The notes below the pieces were generated by a model. That model searched no databases. It had not been told where the DNA came from and worked only from the letters and a program-made list of their open reading frames with translations. From contig DGZR01000079.1 in assembly GCA_002397155.1 (NCBI GenBank), positions 873 to 64,872 of the forward strand: DNA of 64,000 nt. The letters run 5' to 3'. The stretch comes from Firmicutes bacterium UBA4975 (GTDB taxonomy: Bacteria; Bacillota; Proteinivoracia; UBA4975). This document shows, in pieces, positions 9,923 through 20,585 of the stretch (its first letter is position 1; every line of letters begins with the position of its first letter). The position numbers and the translations under genes were made by a program.

Positions 9923-9938
9923 TGGCATAAGTTTTGCA
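9923..9938 (+). promoter_or_regulatory. sigma54 (-24/-12) promoter
   Basis: TGGCAT-AAGTT-TTGCA with GG-N10-GC spacing, about 90 nt upstream of the 10031 start; a sigma54 activator gene lies in the same block. Confidence 0.8.
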
Positions 9939-10030
9939 GTAATACATGGTGCAACGGTTGCAGAAAGGGGTGTACATAGGAACTCTCTAATAGCGTTTCA
10001 AGACACTATCTAATATTAAGGAGGCAAATC

Positions 10031-11287
10031 ATGAGTCAAGCAGTGGCTGTCGAGACAGAGAACTCTGGCAATCGGACTTGGGCGGCACTTAAAAAAATTG
10101 GTCCTGCATTTGTATCAGCAACCACAATTTTTGGGCCGGCTTCACTTCTTCTAGCTGCTTTGGCAGGTGCGTTGTATCGGTACTCCCTGATGTGGGTTGT
10201 CGTCTTGGTCTTGGTTGAGCGACTTGTCTATTTTGAAATGGGAACCCGGTTGGGCATTATGATGCCGCACCATCTGTTGACAACGGCTAGTCGGACATAT
10301 AACAACAAGTGGATTGGCATAGTGGGGGGCATCGTCAGCTTCCTAAGTTCGGCTCCATATGCGGCTGGCAATGTCCTGGGTTGTTCTTTAGCGGCGCAGC
10401 TCCTCCTGGGCGGCAATCTAGTTGTTTGGGCCATCGGTTTTATGATAGCTGCAGTATTGATTTTCTTTTTCCGTGGGGTTTACCAGCGCCTAGAAAAGAT
10501 TGCCTTAATAATGGTTGCCCTGATGCTGGTCACCTTTCTTGCAACCTTGGCATTTTCCGGCTTTTCTGCCGGGGAAGCAGCTAAAGGTTTAATTCCAGGT
10601 GCAATGGCGGCACCACCCTTACTTTTGGCGATATCGATCTTTTCAACTAACCAGAGCGCAATGGGTTTCACCCAAGTTTACTTTGTCCGGGGGAAAAAAT
10701 ACACCCCCAAGGATTTAAAAGACGCACGTTTTGACCACATCCTTTCAAGCGTACTTCTAAGCGTAATAACCGCCGCTATTATGGCAGTTGGCGCTGAGGT
10801 CCTTAACCCGGCTGGGATTGTTCCTACCAGCGCGCCCCAGGCAGCCCGCATGTTGGAGCCGTTAGTGGGCTCCGGTGCGAAAATATTATTTGGGTTGGGG
10901 CTTTTTGGGGCGGCATTTACCTCTCTTTCCGGCCATCCCGTGCTAAATGGCATCACTTTGGGCGACGCATTCCAGCGGGCTGACGCCGGTGCTGACTCCC
11001 GATTTGCAAAAATTACTGCCTCTGCCCTCGTGATTGTCATGGGTTTATTTGGAATTCTACCTGTGGCATTTGGCTGGCAGGCCATCAATATTTACTGGAT
11101 ATGTGCCCTGGGAGGATTGATTGGCTATCCGTTTAGAGGGATTATCGCCTTATCCTTAGCAAAGCGGAAAGACATAATGAAGGATCTGGCTTTTAACAAA
11201 ACCTACTTTAAATTCTTGGTAGCGTTTTTCGTCGTTATCTTGGGTTTTGTGATTTACTCTTCCTTAAAAAATCTAGGGGTCTTCTAG
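10031..11287 (+). CDS. NRAMP-superfamily (YcsG-like) transporter
   Basis: GPAFV...GPAS, G..YRYSLMW, GN..G and LF..GLFGAAFTS motifs; about 11 TM segments. Confidence 0.75.
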   Translation: MSQAVAVETENSGNRTWAALKKIGPAFVSATTIFGPASLLLAALAGALYRYSLMWVVVLVLVERLVYFEMGTRLGIMMPHHLLTTASRTYNNKWIGIVGGIVSFLSSAPYAAGNVLGCSLAAQLLLGGNLVVWAIGFMIAAVLIFFFRGVYQRLEKIALIMVALMLVTFLATLAFSGFSAGEAAKGLIPGAMAAPPLLLAISIFSTNQSAMGFTQVYFVRGKKYTPKDLKDARFDHILSSVLLSVITAAIMAVGAEVLNPAGIVPTSAPQAARMLEPLVGSGAKILFGLGLFGAAFTSLSGHPVLNGITLGDAFQRADAGADSRFAKITASALVIVMGLFGILPVAFGWQAINIYWICALGGLIGYPFRGIIALSLAKRKDIMKDLAFNKTYFKFLVAFFVVILGFVIYSSLKNLGVF

Positions 11288-11354
11288 GATCCATAGAATG
11301 TCTTTTCAGGTTTTGCCACATTGGGACGAGAAAAAATCACGAGGAGGTTTCAGC

Positions 11355-12347
11355 ATGAGTAATAAGTATGACAAGTTGTACGTCGCTTTGGTCACCCCAT
11401 TCAAGCCAGGAACAGAAGATATCGATTATGACGCATGGCGGAAACTTTTACAGTATTGGGGACAAAATCAATTCGTTCAAGCAGGCGGCGGAATTTTGGT
11501 AAACCCCGAAGCGGGAGAATGTTTTTACACCACAATAGAAGAGAAGGTTCGCCTGACTGAAATTGCCCTGGAAGAGTTGGGAGACAAAATGTTTGTCTTT
11601 TCAGGGGTCATGCAGCCGACCACTAGGGAAATCGTTAAAGAGGCAAAAGCCTTAAAGGATATCGGGGTGCACGGTTTGTTTACTCCTCCTCCCATGGGGG
11701 CCATGGATATTTCCTCTTCCTGGGATCCCATCTTGTATCCGGAAGTATGGACCGATCAGCTTAAGGCCATAACTAACGTCGCTGATCTGCCCATTATCAC
11801 CCATCCCACCGGGGGCAAGTATTATGGAATCCCGGTGCAAGCAATCCCAGTTATCCTTGATGAGGTGCCGAATATTATCGGGTGGAAAATGCTCACCTCA
11901 GATATTAAGGCTACCGGGCGTGTTTTACGAGAATACAAGAAACGCCATGTCGGCATTTTCATGGCTGGCGCGTACAAATTCCAGGAAGCCTTTGCCTATG
12001 GCTACTTTGACGGCACGGTCAGTGGTTTCTGGAATTATTCCATGGAGATCATGTTGCCCTATCTGGAAGCCTGGCGTACTAACGATGTGGTGAAAGCCAG
12101 GGAAATTCTTTTCAGCGGGTTTATGGACCTACATGAGTATGTGCTTGGCACCGGGGGAGAAATGCGTCTGCATACGGCATACAAGGCGGCTACTTGGCTT
12201 CGTGGTTTGATCCCCGACCCCTTTATGCGTGCTCCCCAGAGGAAACTGCGCCCCGAAGAAGTGCGAAATTTGCGGGACCGCTTGAAAGCCGTCGGATTGG
12301 ACGTTATCAGCGATAAAGATATCCGCAAAGCCTACCCCACATTCTAA
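11355..12347 (+). CDS. DapA/NAL-family class I aldolase/lyase, atypical
   Basis: VALVTPF, GE...T.EEK, and NIIGWK (Schiff-base Lys); ATG after GAGGAGG. Confidence 0.8.
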   Translation: MSNKYDKLYVALVTPFKPGTEDIDYDAWRKLLQYWGQNQFVQAGGGILVNPEAGECFYTTIEEKVRLTEIALEELGDKMFVFSGVMQPTTREIVKEAKALKDIGVHGLFTPPPMGAMDISSSWDPILYPEVWTDQLKAITNVADLPIITHPTGGKYYGIPVQAIPVILDEVPNIIGWKMLTSDIKATGRVLREYKKRHVGIFMAGAYKFQEAFAYGYFDGTVSGFWNYSMEIMLPYLEAWRTNDVVKAREILFSGFMDLHEYVLGTGGEMRLHTAYKAATWLRGLIPDPFMRAPQRKLRPEEVRNLRDRLKAVGLDVISDKDIRKAYPTF

Positions 12348-12391
12348 AGGGAAAGCCAATTAACCACAATCTAATCTGACAGTAGAAAAAG

Positions 12392-12460
12392 GGACATTAC
12401 TGTCATCGAGTTTTTCGCTGTAGTCTTTCAGTGTACAGGCCAGTGGTGACAGTAATGTCC
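12392..12460. repeat. 14-bp perfect inverted repeat with a 41-nt spacer
   Basis: GGACATTACTGTCA (12392-12405) ... TGACAGTAATGTCC (12447-12460). Confidence 0.85.
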
Positions 12461-12507
12461 ACTCTAATCGAAGATGCTATATTCAACAGGATTTTTTTCA
12501 GGGTACT

Positions 12508-13986
12508 TTGCTTGCCGTATCTCGAGGGGTGAAAACAATTAATGATCTAAATACAGTCCGCAAGGTAGACAGGATATCCTGGCGTGAATACTTGTCGCTT
12601 TTACCATTCGTCGTCCTGGGAGCGCTGGTGGGAGTTCTTTGCCCTTGGCAACCGGGATTGAGCATTATCGGCCACCGAGCTTTGATGGGGATTATTATTA
12701 CGATCGGGCTTTGGGTGTGTAAACCGGGAGGAGTACCCTTCTCGGTTTCGGGCTGCTTTCTGATGATGTTCTTTTTACTCTGTGGGGTGTCGGGACCAAC
12801 AGTATTTTCAGGATTCACCAGCAGTTCCCTGTGGGTATTAATACCTGCTCTGTTTTTTGGGCATGCCCTCAATAAGACAGGGTTGGGAAAGCGGCTGTCT
12901 TACTTGGTGATTAAGGCATTTAAACCCACCATGGGAGGACTTATCTTTGCTTGGGTGGCAATCGGTCTGTTTCTCTCCGCTCTTACACCTTCCATCGCGG
13001 TGAGGATAGTGATAATAATGCCACTAGCGAAGGGCAGCGCGGATATTTGCGGTTTGAAGAAAGGGTCTACCAATAGGGCCTTGTTGTTACTGACCGCGTG
13101 GGCCATGGCCCTTCTACCTGGGACCGGCTGGCTCACCGGCACCCTTTTAGGACCGGTGATTCTCGGGCTCTATAATTCCTCTCCCAAACTGGCAGGGGTG
13201 ATCACTTTTGCCTCCTGGAGTAAAGCGGCTTTATTGCCGGTGGCGATAATGAACATCCTGCTCATTATAGGCAGTTACTTCGTCTTTAGACCCAAGCCAA
13301 TCCCCGTTCTGGAAAGAGAAGTATTTGTAAAGGAATATGCAAAGCTTGGGCCAGTGAGAAAAGAAGAGATCATAACAGGTTTCTTGCTGTCCCTCTGTTT
13401 TATTCTCTTTGCCACTGGCCAGTTACATGGAATTCCGGACGCAGCTATTTGCTTGGGAGGCCTTTTTGCCCTTACAGCGGTTGGCATAATCAGGGTTGAA
13501 GACATCAGCAAGGGCATTAGCTGGGACCTGCCAATTTTCGTCGGGGTAATCTTGGGTTTGGGGGCGATTTTTGCTGAAACGGGAATCACCCCCTGGCTTG
13601 CTGCCACACTCACGTCGGTTTTGACTCCCGTGGCCCACAATCCCTGGCTTTTTGTTTTCGCTGTAACCGCAGGCCTGTTTGTTGTAAGATTTTTTGACGT
13701 AACCAGTCTAATACTGACTATGGCGATTCTAATCCCGGTAATCCCGGAAATGTCGGAAAGGTTTGCCATAAACCCCCTGGTCTGGATTACAATCTTTGTC
13801 TTTACCGGCAAGTTCTTTATCATGAGCTACCAAAATATGTTCGCTTTGATTGGGGAATCCATACTCGGCGGGGACGGTTGGAACAGGAAACAGCTTGCTT
13901 TATACGGGACAGTTTATCTTTTCGCCTGTTTGGTGGCATTGGTTGTAGCTGTCCCATATTGGACAGCATTGGGTTTCTTCAAGTAA
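12508..13986 (+). CDS. DASS/SLC13 family anion (dicarboxylate) permease
   Basis: FSGF, KTGLGKRL, LTPSIAVR and ISWD motifs; many TM segments; exact start uncertain. Confidence 0.85.
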   Translation: MLAVSRGVKTINDLNTVRKVDRISWREYLSLLPFVVLGALVGVLCPWQPGLSIIGHRALMGIIITIGLWVCKPGGVPFSVSGCFLMMFFLLCGVSGPTVFSGFTSSSLWVLIPALFFGHALNKTGLGKRLSYLVIKAFKPTMGGLIFAWVAIGLFLSALTPSIAVRIVIIMPLAKGSADICGLKKGSTNRALLLLTAWAMALLPGTGWLTGTLLGPVILGLYNSSPKLAGVITFASWSKAALLPVAIMNILLIIGSYFVFRPKPIPVLEREVFVKEYAKLGPVRKEEIITGFLLSLCFILFATGQLHGIPDAAICLGGLFALTAVGIIRVEDISKGISWDLPIFVGVILGLGAIFAETGITPWLAATLTSVLTPVAHNPWLFVFAVTAGLFVVRFFDVTSLILTMAILIPVIPEMSERFAINPLVWITIFVFTGKFFIMSYQNMFALIGESILGGDGWNRKQLALYGTVYLFACLVALVVAVPYWTALGFFK

Positions 13987-13989
13987 GTT

Positions 13990-14023
13990 AAACGCGCGGC
14001 CCGCTGGAAGGCTGCGCGTTTTT
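13990..14023 (+). terminator. intrinsic terminator
   Basis: AAACGCGCGGCC...GGCTGCGCGTTTTT. Confidence 0.75.
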
Positions 14024-14079
14024 ATTGAAGAGGTTTTAGAGGATTCACTGTCGAAACCTATTGCAAGGAGGTTTACATT

Positions 14080-15996
14080 ATGGCCGTTGCTTCAAAAATC
14101 CTGCTGCTTCTCCCCAGATCAAGCGCTTATAAAAAAATAGTTCATGAAGCCCTGGAAAGTTTCAACTTGGATCTGTCTATTGAAATAGAAACAAGGGAAG
14201 TTTCAATAGCGGATATGACCGCTAATATTGATAAAGATGCGATAGACGCTGTGATAGTCCGTAGCTTGGGAGCGAAAATATTTGACCGGGAAGTACCGCA
14301 GATCCCGGTAGTGACTGTGGACATCCGGGATATTGAACTATTGGGAGCTTTATACCGGGCCAAAACTGCAGGAGCCAACACGGTGGCAATAATCGACTAT
14401 TATTATAATAAGAACCTTTTCGACCTGGATCTTATTGAGGAATTGTTAAAGATTAAGCTGGTGCGAATTTTCCTCCGCAGATTTGATGATTGGTCAGAGA
14501 TACATAGTAATCTTGTTAAGGCGGTGGGAGCTGGGGTGGAGGCTATAGTCAGCCAGTGGGTGTTTATTACAAACGAGGCAGCTAAATACGGTTTTTCCAC
14601 CGAAGTTGCTTACTGCAGTAAGGAAAATGTGGTAAAATCTATCAACCAAGCGCGTAAGATCGCTTTATCCAAGGCCTATGAAAAGAAGCAGAAAGAGAAG
14701 TTTGCTGCAGTTGTAGACGGTGTTTCAGACTCGATCATCGTTATCGATGATAACGGTCTGGTAAATCATGTGAATCCCTCAGCTAGAAAGATAATCGAGG
14801 AAAAATATATTGGGAAAAGTATTCTTGCTTGCCCTCCGGAACACATTTTGCGATTCCTGTATGGAAACGGCAACGAGAGTGACTATGAATATGTGACCGC
14901 TGACAATGAGATGTACGTTGTTTCTCGAAAGAAACTACCCTCAGATAAAGGAGAAGAGACGGTTATTTTCTTCCAGCCGGCAAAGAATATTGTCCGTGCG
15001 GAGAAAAATATCCGAAGAAAGTTAAGCGCGTACAGAGGTTTTCATGCCAAGTACTTGCTGCAAAACATTGTGGGCAACTCGGATAGTCTTAGTCGGGTTT
15101 TGGGTGAAGCTACCCATTTTGCCCGTTCAGATGCAACTATTCTAATCTTCGGTGAAAGCGGAACGGGAAAAGAACTATTCGCCCATGGTATCCATATGGA
15201 AAGCAATCGCGCTTCGGGTCCTTTTGTGCCAGTTAACTGCGCATCCATACCCAAGACCTTAGTTGAAAGCGAACTATTTGGCTATGAAGAAGGAGCTTTT
15301 ACTGGTGCTCAAAAAGGCGGTAAACCAGGTTTTTTTGAACTTGCCGACAACGGCACTATTTTTATAGATGAGATTGGAGATCTGGGGTTAAGCAGTCAAG
15401 CGAGGTTGCTCAGGGCTTTGCAAGAGATGGAAGTAGTTCGGCTGGGGGGGACTCAAATCATCCCAATCAACGCTCGGATAATTGCTGCAACTAACAAGGA
15501 CTTGCGGGAAGAAATCCGGGCTGGTAATTTTCGGCAGGACCTGTATTACCGACTTAATGTATTAAGTTTGAATGTGCCGCCCTTGAGAGAACGGAAGGAA
15601 GACATCCCCTTATTGTTCATGCACTTTATAAATACTGTTTCCAAGCGAATTAATATAGAACCGGTGAATTTTAGTCCGGAAGAAGTGGAAAGGCTGAAGG
15701 AATACCACTGGCCAGGCAATGTGAGGGAACTAGAGAACTTTGTCGAAAGGCTTCTTGCCTTGGGCGGGGACGTACCCTTTGGCCGGTTAGTCGATTCACT
15801 AATAGGGTGCAGGGACAGCCTGGGTAGCGAGCCGGGGGAGATATCTATTCGCTTGGATTCACTGAAGAACATGGAAAGGCAAATGATTCAAGAAGCACAG
15901 AGAGTGTTTGGGGCTAACCGGACTGAACTTGCCAGAGTTCTGGGGATTAGTCGGCAAACGCTTTGGAATAAATTTAAAGAAATTAATACTTTCTAG
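14080..15996 (+). CDS. sigma54-dependent enhancer-binding activator (PrpR-like N-terminus, PAS, AAA+, Fis HTH)
   Basis: GESGTGKE, ESELFGYEEGAFTGA, FIDEIG, DLYYRLNV, WPGNVRELEN and a C-terminal HTH. Confidence 0.93.
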   Translation: MAVASKILLLLPRSSAYKKIVHEALESFNLDLSIEIETREVSIADMTANIDKDAIDAVIVRSLGAKIFDREVPQIPVVTVDIRDIELLGALYRAKTAGANTVAIIDYYYNKNLFDLDLIEELLKIKLVRIFLRRFDDWSEIHSNLVKAVGAGVEAIVSQWVFITNEAAKYGFSTEVAYCSKENVVKSINQARKIALSKAYEKKQKEKFAAVVDGVSDSIIVIDDNGLVNHVNPSARKIIEEKYIGKSILACPPEHILRFLYGNGNESDYEYVTADNEMYVVSRKKLPSDKGEETVIFFQPAKNIVRAEKNIRRKLSAYRGFHAKYLLQNIVGNSDSLSRVLGEATHFARSDATILIFGESGTGKELFAHGIHMESNRASGPFVPVNCASIPKTLVESELFGYEEGAFTGAQKGGKPGFFELADNGTIFIDEIGDLGLSSQARLLRALQEMEVVRLGGTQIIPINARIIAATNKDLREEIRAGNFRQDLYYRLNVLSLNVPPLRERKEDIPLLFMHFINTVSKRINIEPVNFSPEEVERLKEYHWPGNVRELENFVERLLALGGDVPFGRLVDSLIGCRDSLGSEPGEISIRLDSLKNMERQMIQEAQRVFGANRTELARVLGISRQTLWNKFKEINTF

Positions 15997-16055
15997 ATCA
16001 AAAAGTTTTCAGATACATTTATTTTTTCTTTCTCCGATCTAGACTATAACAGCCC

Positions 16056-16084
16056 TTGCAACGGGGCTTGGCCTGTGATATTAT
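16056..16084 (+). promoter_or_regulatory. sigmaA promoter of the rplU operon
   Basis: TTGCAA-N17-TATTAT with extended -10 TG. Confidence 0.65.
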
Positions 16085-16090
16085 TGCGGT

Positions 16091-16160
16091 TGGAGTTATA
16101 ACCGCTCGAACCGGGCTTTAAAAGCCTTTTGGCTGCCTGGGTTTGGCGAGTACCTGCATT
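16091..16160 (+). ncRNA. probable L21 ribosomal leader
   Basis: long stem (CGCTCGAACCGGGC ... GCCTGGGTTTGGCG) between promoter and rplU RBS; position typical of the Firmicutes L21 leader. Confidence 0.55.
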
Positions 16161-16173
16161 GGAGGTGTAAACC

Positions 16174-16491
16174 ATGTACGCTATTATCGAAAATGGTGGC
16201 AAACAGTACCGTGTCTCCAAGGGGGATGTGGTCCTCCTGGAAAAAGTTGCGGCTCAGCCGGGGGACACTCTTTCCCTGCCGGAGGTTCTGGCGGTGGAGT
16301 CCGAGGGCAAGCTGCACCTGGGTAAGCCCTACCTGGAAAATGCCAGCATCACTGCCCGGGTCATTGGCCAGGGCAAGGCCAAAAAAATCGTCATCTTTAA
16401 GTACAAAGCCAAGAAAAACTATCGACGCAAGACTGGCCATCGCCAGCCCTTTACCAAGGTGGCGATTGAAAGCATCAACTTTGCCCAATGA
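16174..16491 (+). CDS. rplU: 50S ribosomal protein L21
   Basis: MYAIIENGGKQYRV ... GHRQPFT. Confidence 0.98.
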   Translation: MYAIIENGGKQYRVSKGDVVLLEKVAAQPGDTLSLPEVLAVESEGKLHLGKPYLENASITARVIGQGKAKKIVIFKYKAKKNYRRKTGHRQPFTKVAIESINFAQ

Positions 16492-16817
16492 TTGAGGTCA
16501 GGTTTTACCGGAGCGGGCAGTCCCTGCAAGGTTTTTCTGCCCAGGGCCACGCGGATTTTAGCGACCGGGGCACCGACATCGTCTGTTCGGCATTTTCCGC
16601 CCTCAGCCAGACGGCTATTTTGGCACTGGACCAGGTGGCGGGCGTGACGCCGGAATGGAAGCGGCGGGATGGGTTTGTCCAGTGCCGGGTCCCGGAGGGC
16701 CTGGTCGGGGATTGCAGTTTTGCAACCCAGGTGATATTCAAGACCTTTTTGACAGGCCTGGAGCACATCGCCTGTCAGTATCCGGGTTTTTTCAGGGTAA
16801 GCTATGAGGAGGTGTAA
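16488..16817 (+). CDS. prp: ribosomal-processing cysteine protease Prp (YsxB)
   Basis: GHA...DIVCSA.S motif; lies between rplU and rpmA. Confidence 0.95.
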   Translation: MIEVRFYRSGQSLQGFSAQGHADFSDRGTDIVCSAFSALSQTAILALDQVAGVTPEWKRRDGFVQCRVPEGLVGDCSFATQVIFKTFLTGLEHIACQYPGFFRVSYEEV

Positions 16818-16820
16818 CCG

Positions 16821-17115
16821 ATGTTCAAAATAGATCTGCAGTTGTTTGCCTCGAAAAAGGGTGTGGGCAGTTCCAAGAACGGCCGGGACTCAATCGCCAA
16901 GCGCCTTGGGGTCAAGAGCCAGGACGGTCAGTTTGTCACCGCCGGTTCCATCTTGGTTCGCCAGAGGGGGACAAAGATCCATCCCGGCGCCAATGTGGGC
17001 CTGGGCGGCGATGACACTCTTTTTGCGAAGATTGACGGGGTAGTTGCCTTTGAAGGCAATGGGGCCCGGGGACGCAAGAGAGTCAGCGTTTATCCTGACG
17101 CTAAAGCGGCAATAT

Positions 17116-17117
<2 letters not shown>
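16821..17117 (+). CDS. rpmA: 50S ribosomal protein L27 with Prp-cleaved N-terminal extension
   Basis: [24 protein letters not shown]. Confidence 0.98.
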
Positions 17118-19053
<1,936 letters not shown>

Positions 19054-19076
19054 AAGGGAACAAAGGGGGGTGCAAG

Positions 19077-20264
19077 ATGCAGTACCTGCCCCGGTCCAGC
19101 CGTTTTAGGTCCCGGCGCAAAGGAGTCAACTTTAAAAAGCTGGGCACAATAATTGCCCTGGCAGTATTCTTGATCGCTGCCCTGGCTTTTGTGCGCTATT
19201 ATTCCCTGTACGCCGCCCTCAAAGAGCCGGCGGTTCCCGCTGTCTGGCGCCCCGAAGGGGGTCGGGTTCAGATCTTGCTGGCCGGTCGCCACAACAATAA
19301 GATTACGGCTTGCACCGTCCTCTCCATATCGGCGGAGGAAGGGGTGCCCGTCAGTATCCTCCGCCTGCCTGCCGCCACCCTCCTAGGTGGCTTGGCGGCT
19401 GCCGATTCTCTTGCCGAAGTGTACGGCCAAATGGGAATTGAAAAGATGATCGAGGGGGTGGACGGGCTCCTGGCCGGGCGGCTGCCCATAAGCCACTACC
19501 TGGTCTACGACGTCCAGGGCCTTGCCGAAATCGTCACTGCTCTGGAACCGGTGAAGATAAACCTGCCGGAAAAATTCCAGGTCAGGGCGGGGGACACCGA
19601 TTATATTTTTGGGCCCGGCGACCGGGAAATCACCGGCGGGGACATAGTTCCCCTCATCGCCTCGGACACCGATTTTTTGGCGGCCAGCTTTTGGGCAGAA
19701 AAATCCCTGCTGGTGCAGGTCGTGAATCAGCTCTTTTCTTTTAATCACATCAGTTACTATGTGCGCAACATGGGGGCTATCTCCGACGCGTATGAAACTG
19801 ATTTAGAACCCCGCCAGCTCGCCCGGCTGCGCGACACCTTGCAAGCTCTGGAATGGGAAGACCGCCGGTACTCGGTTTTGCCGGGACGCTGGCTGGTTTC
19901 GGAGGATCAGCGCTTTTGGGCGGGGGACGAGGGCATGATCGAGATGAGCTTACGCCAGATTATTGAGAATATCCCGAGCTACGACAAAGCGGCCCTGAAA
20001 GTGGACATCTTCAATGGCAACGGGATCAGCGGTTTTGCCGGAAAAACCGCCGACCGGCTGCGGGAAAGAGGCTACAATGTGGGCCAGGTGGGCAACACGG
20101 ACACTACCCAGGTCACTCAAGTATACTACCAACAGGAGTATCTTTTAGCGGCCATAGAAATTTCCTTGCTCCTGGATACCGAGGCAGTTCTCATCCAGGA
20201 TCGGTACTATGACAGCAACAATCCGGTCTCGGTCGTTTTGGGACTTGACTTAGCAGGGAGGTAG
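19077..20264 (+). CDS. membrane-anchored degenerate LCP-like protein with LytR C-terminal domain
   Basis: one N-terminal TM; LCP-like scaffold; C-terminal 'VDIFNGNGISGFA...GNTD...VVLGLD' LytR_C pattern. Confidence 0.75.
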   Translation: MQYLPRSSRFRSRRKGVNFKKLGTIIALAVFLIAALAFVRYYSLYAALKEPAVPAVWRPEGGRVQILLAGRHNNKITACTVLSISAEEGVPVSILRLPAATLLGGLAAADSLAEVYGQMGIEKMIEGVDGLLAGRLPISHYLVYDVQGLAEIVTALEPVKINLPEKFQVRAGDTDYIFGPGDREITGGDIVPLIASDTDFLAASFWAEKSLLVQVVNQLFSFNHISYYVRNMGAISDAYETDLEPRQLARLRDTLQALEWEDRRYSVLPGRWLVSEDQRFWAGDEGMIEMSLRQIIENIPSYDKAALKVDIFNGNGISGFAGKTADRLRERGYNVGQVGNTDTTQVTQVYYQQEYLLAAIEISLLLDTEAVLIQDRYYDSNNPVSVVLGLDLAGR

Positions 20265-20267
20265 CAT

Positions 20268-20585
20268 ATGCAAAAACCGCAGGCAGTGACCCTGGCCAGC
20301 AACGCTGCGGCAGAAAAGAAAGCCACGGAGGTCAAGGTCCTGAAAATTCAGGCCTCTTTTACCGATTACTTTATTCTCGCCACGGGACTCAATCGGGTCC
20401 ACACCAAGTCCCTGGCGGATTACATCGAGGAGACCCTGGCCGAGGGGGATTTTTACCCTTTCAGCCGGGAGGGCTATGAAGAAGGGGAATGGATTCTCCT
20501 GGACTACCTGGACTTTGTCGTCCATGTATTTACTCCGGAGGCTAGGGACTACTACCAGCTAGAGAGGTTGTGGCAGCGGGGATGA
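20268..20585 (+). CDS. rsfS: ribosome silencing factor
   Basis: DYFILATG, WILLDYLDFVVHVF and YYQLERLW motifs. Confidence 0.95.
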   Translation: MQKPQAVTLASNAAAEKKATEVKVLKIQASFTDYFILATGLNRVHTKSLADYIEETLAEGDFYPFSREGYEEGEWILLDYLDFVVHVFTPEARDYYQLERLWQRG

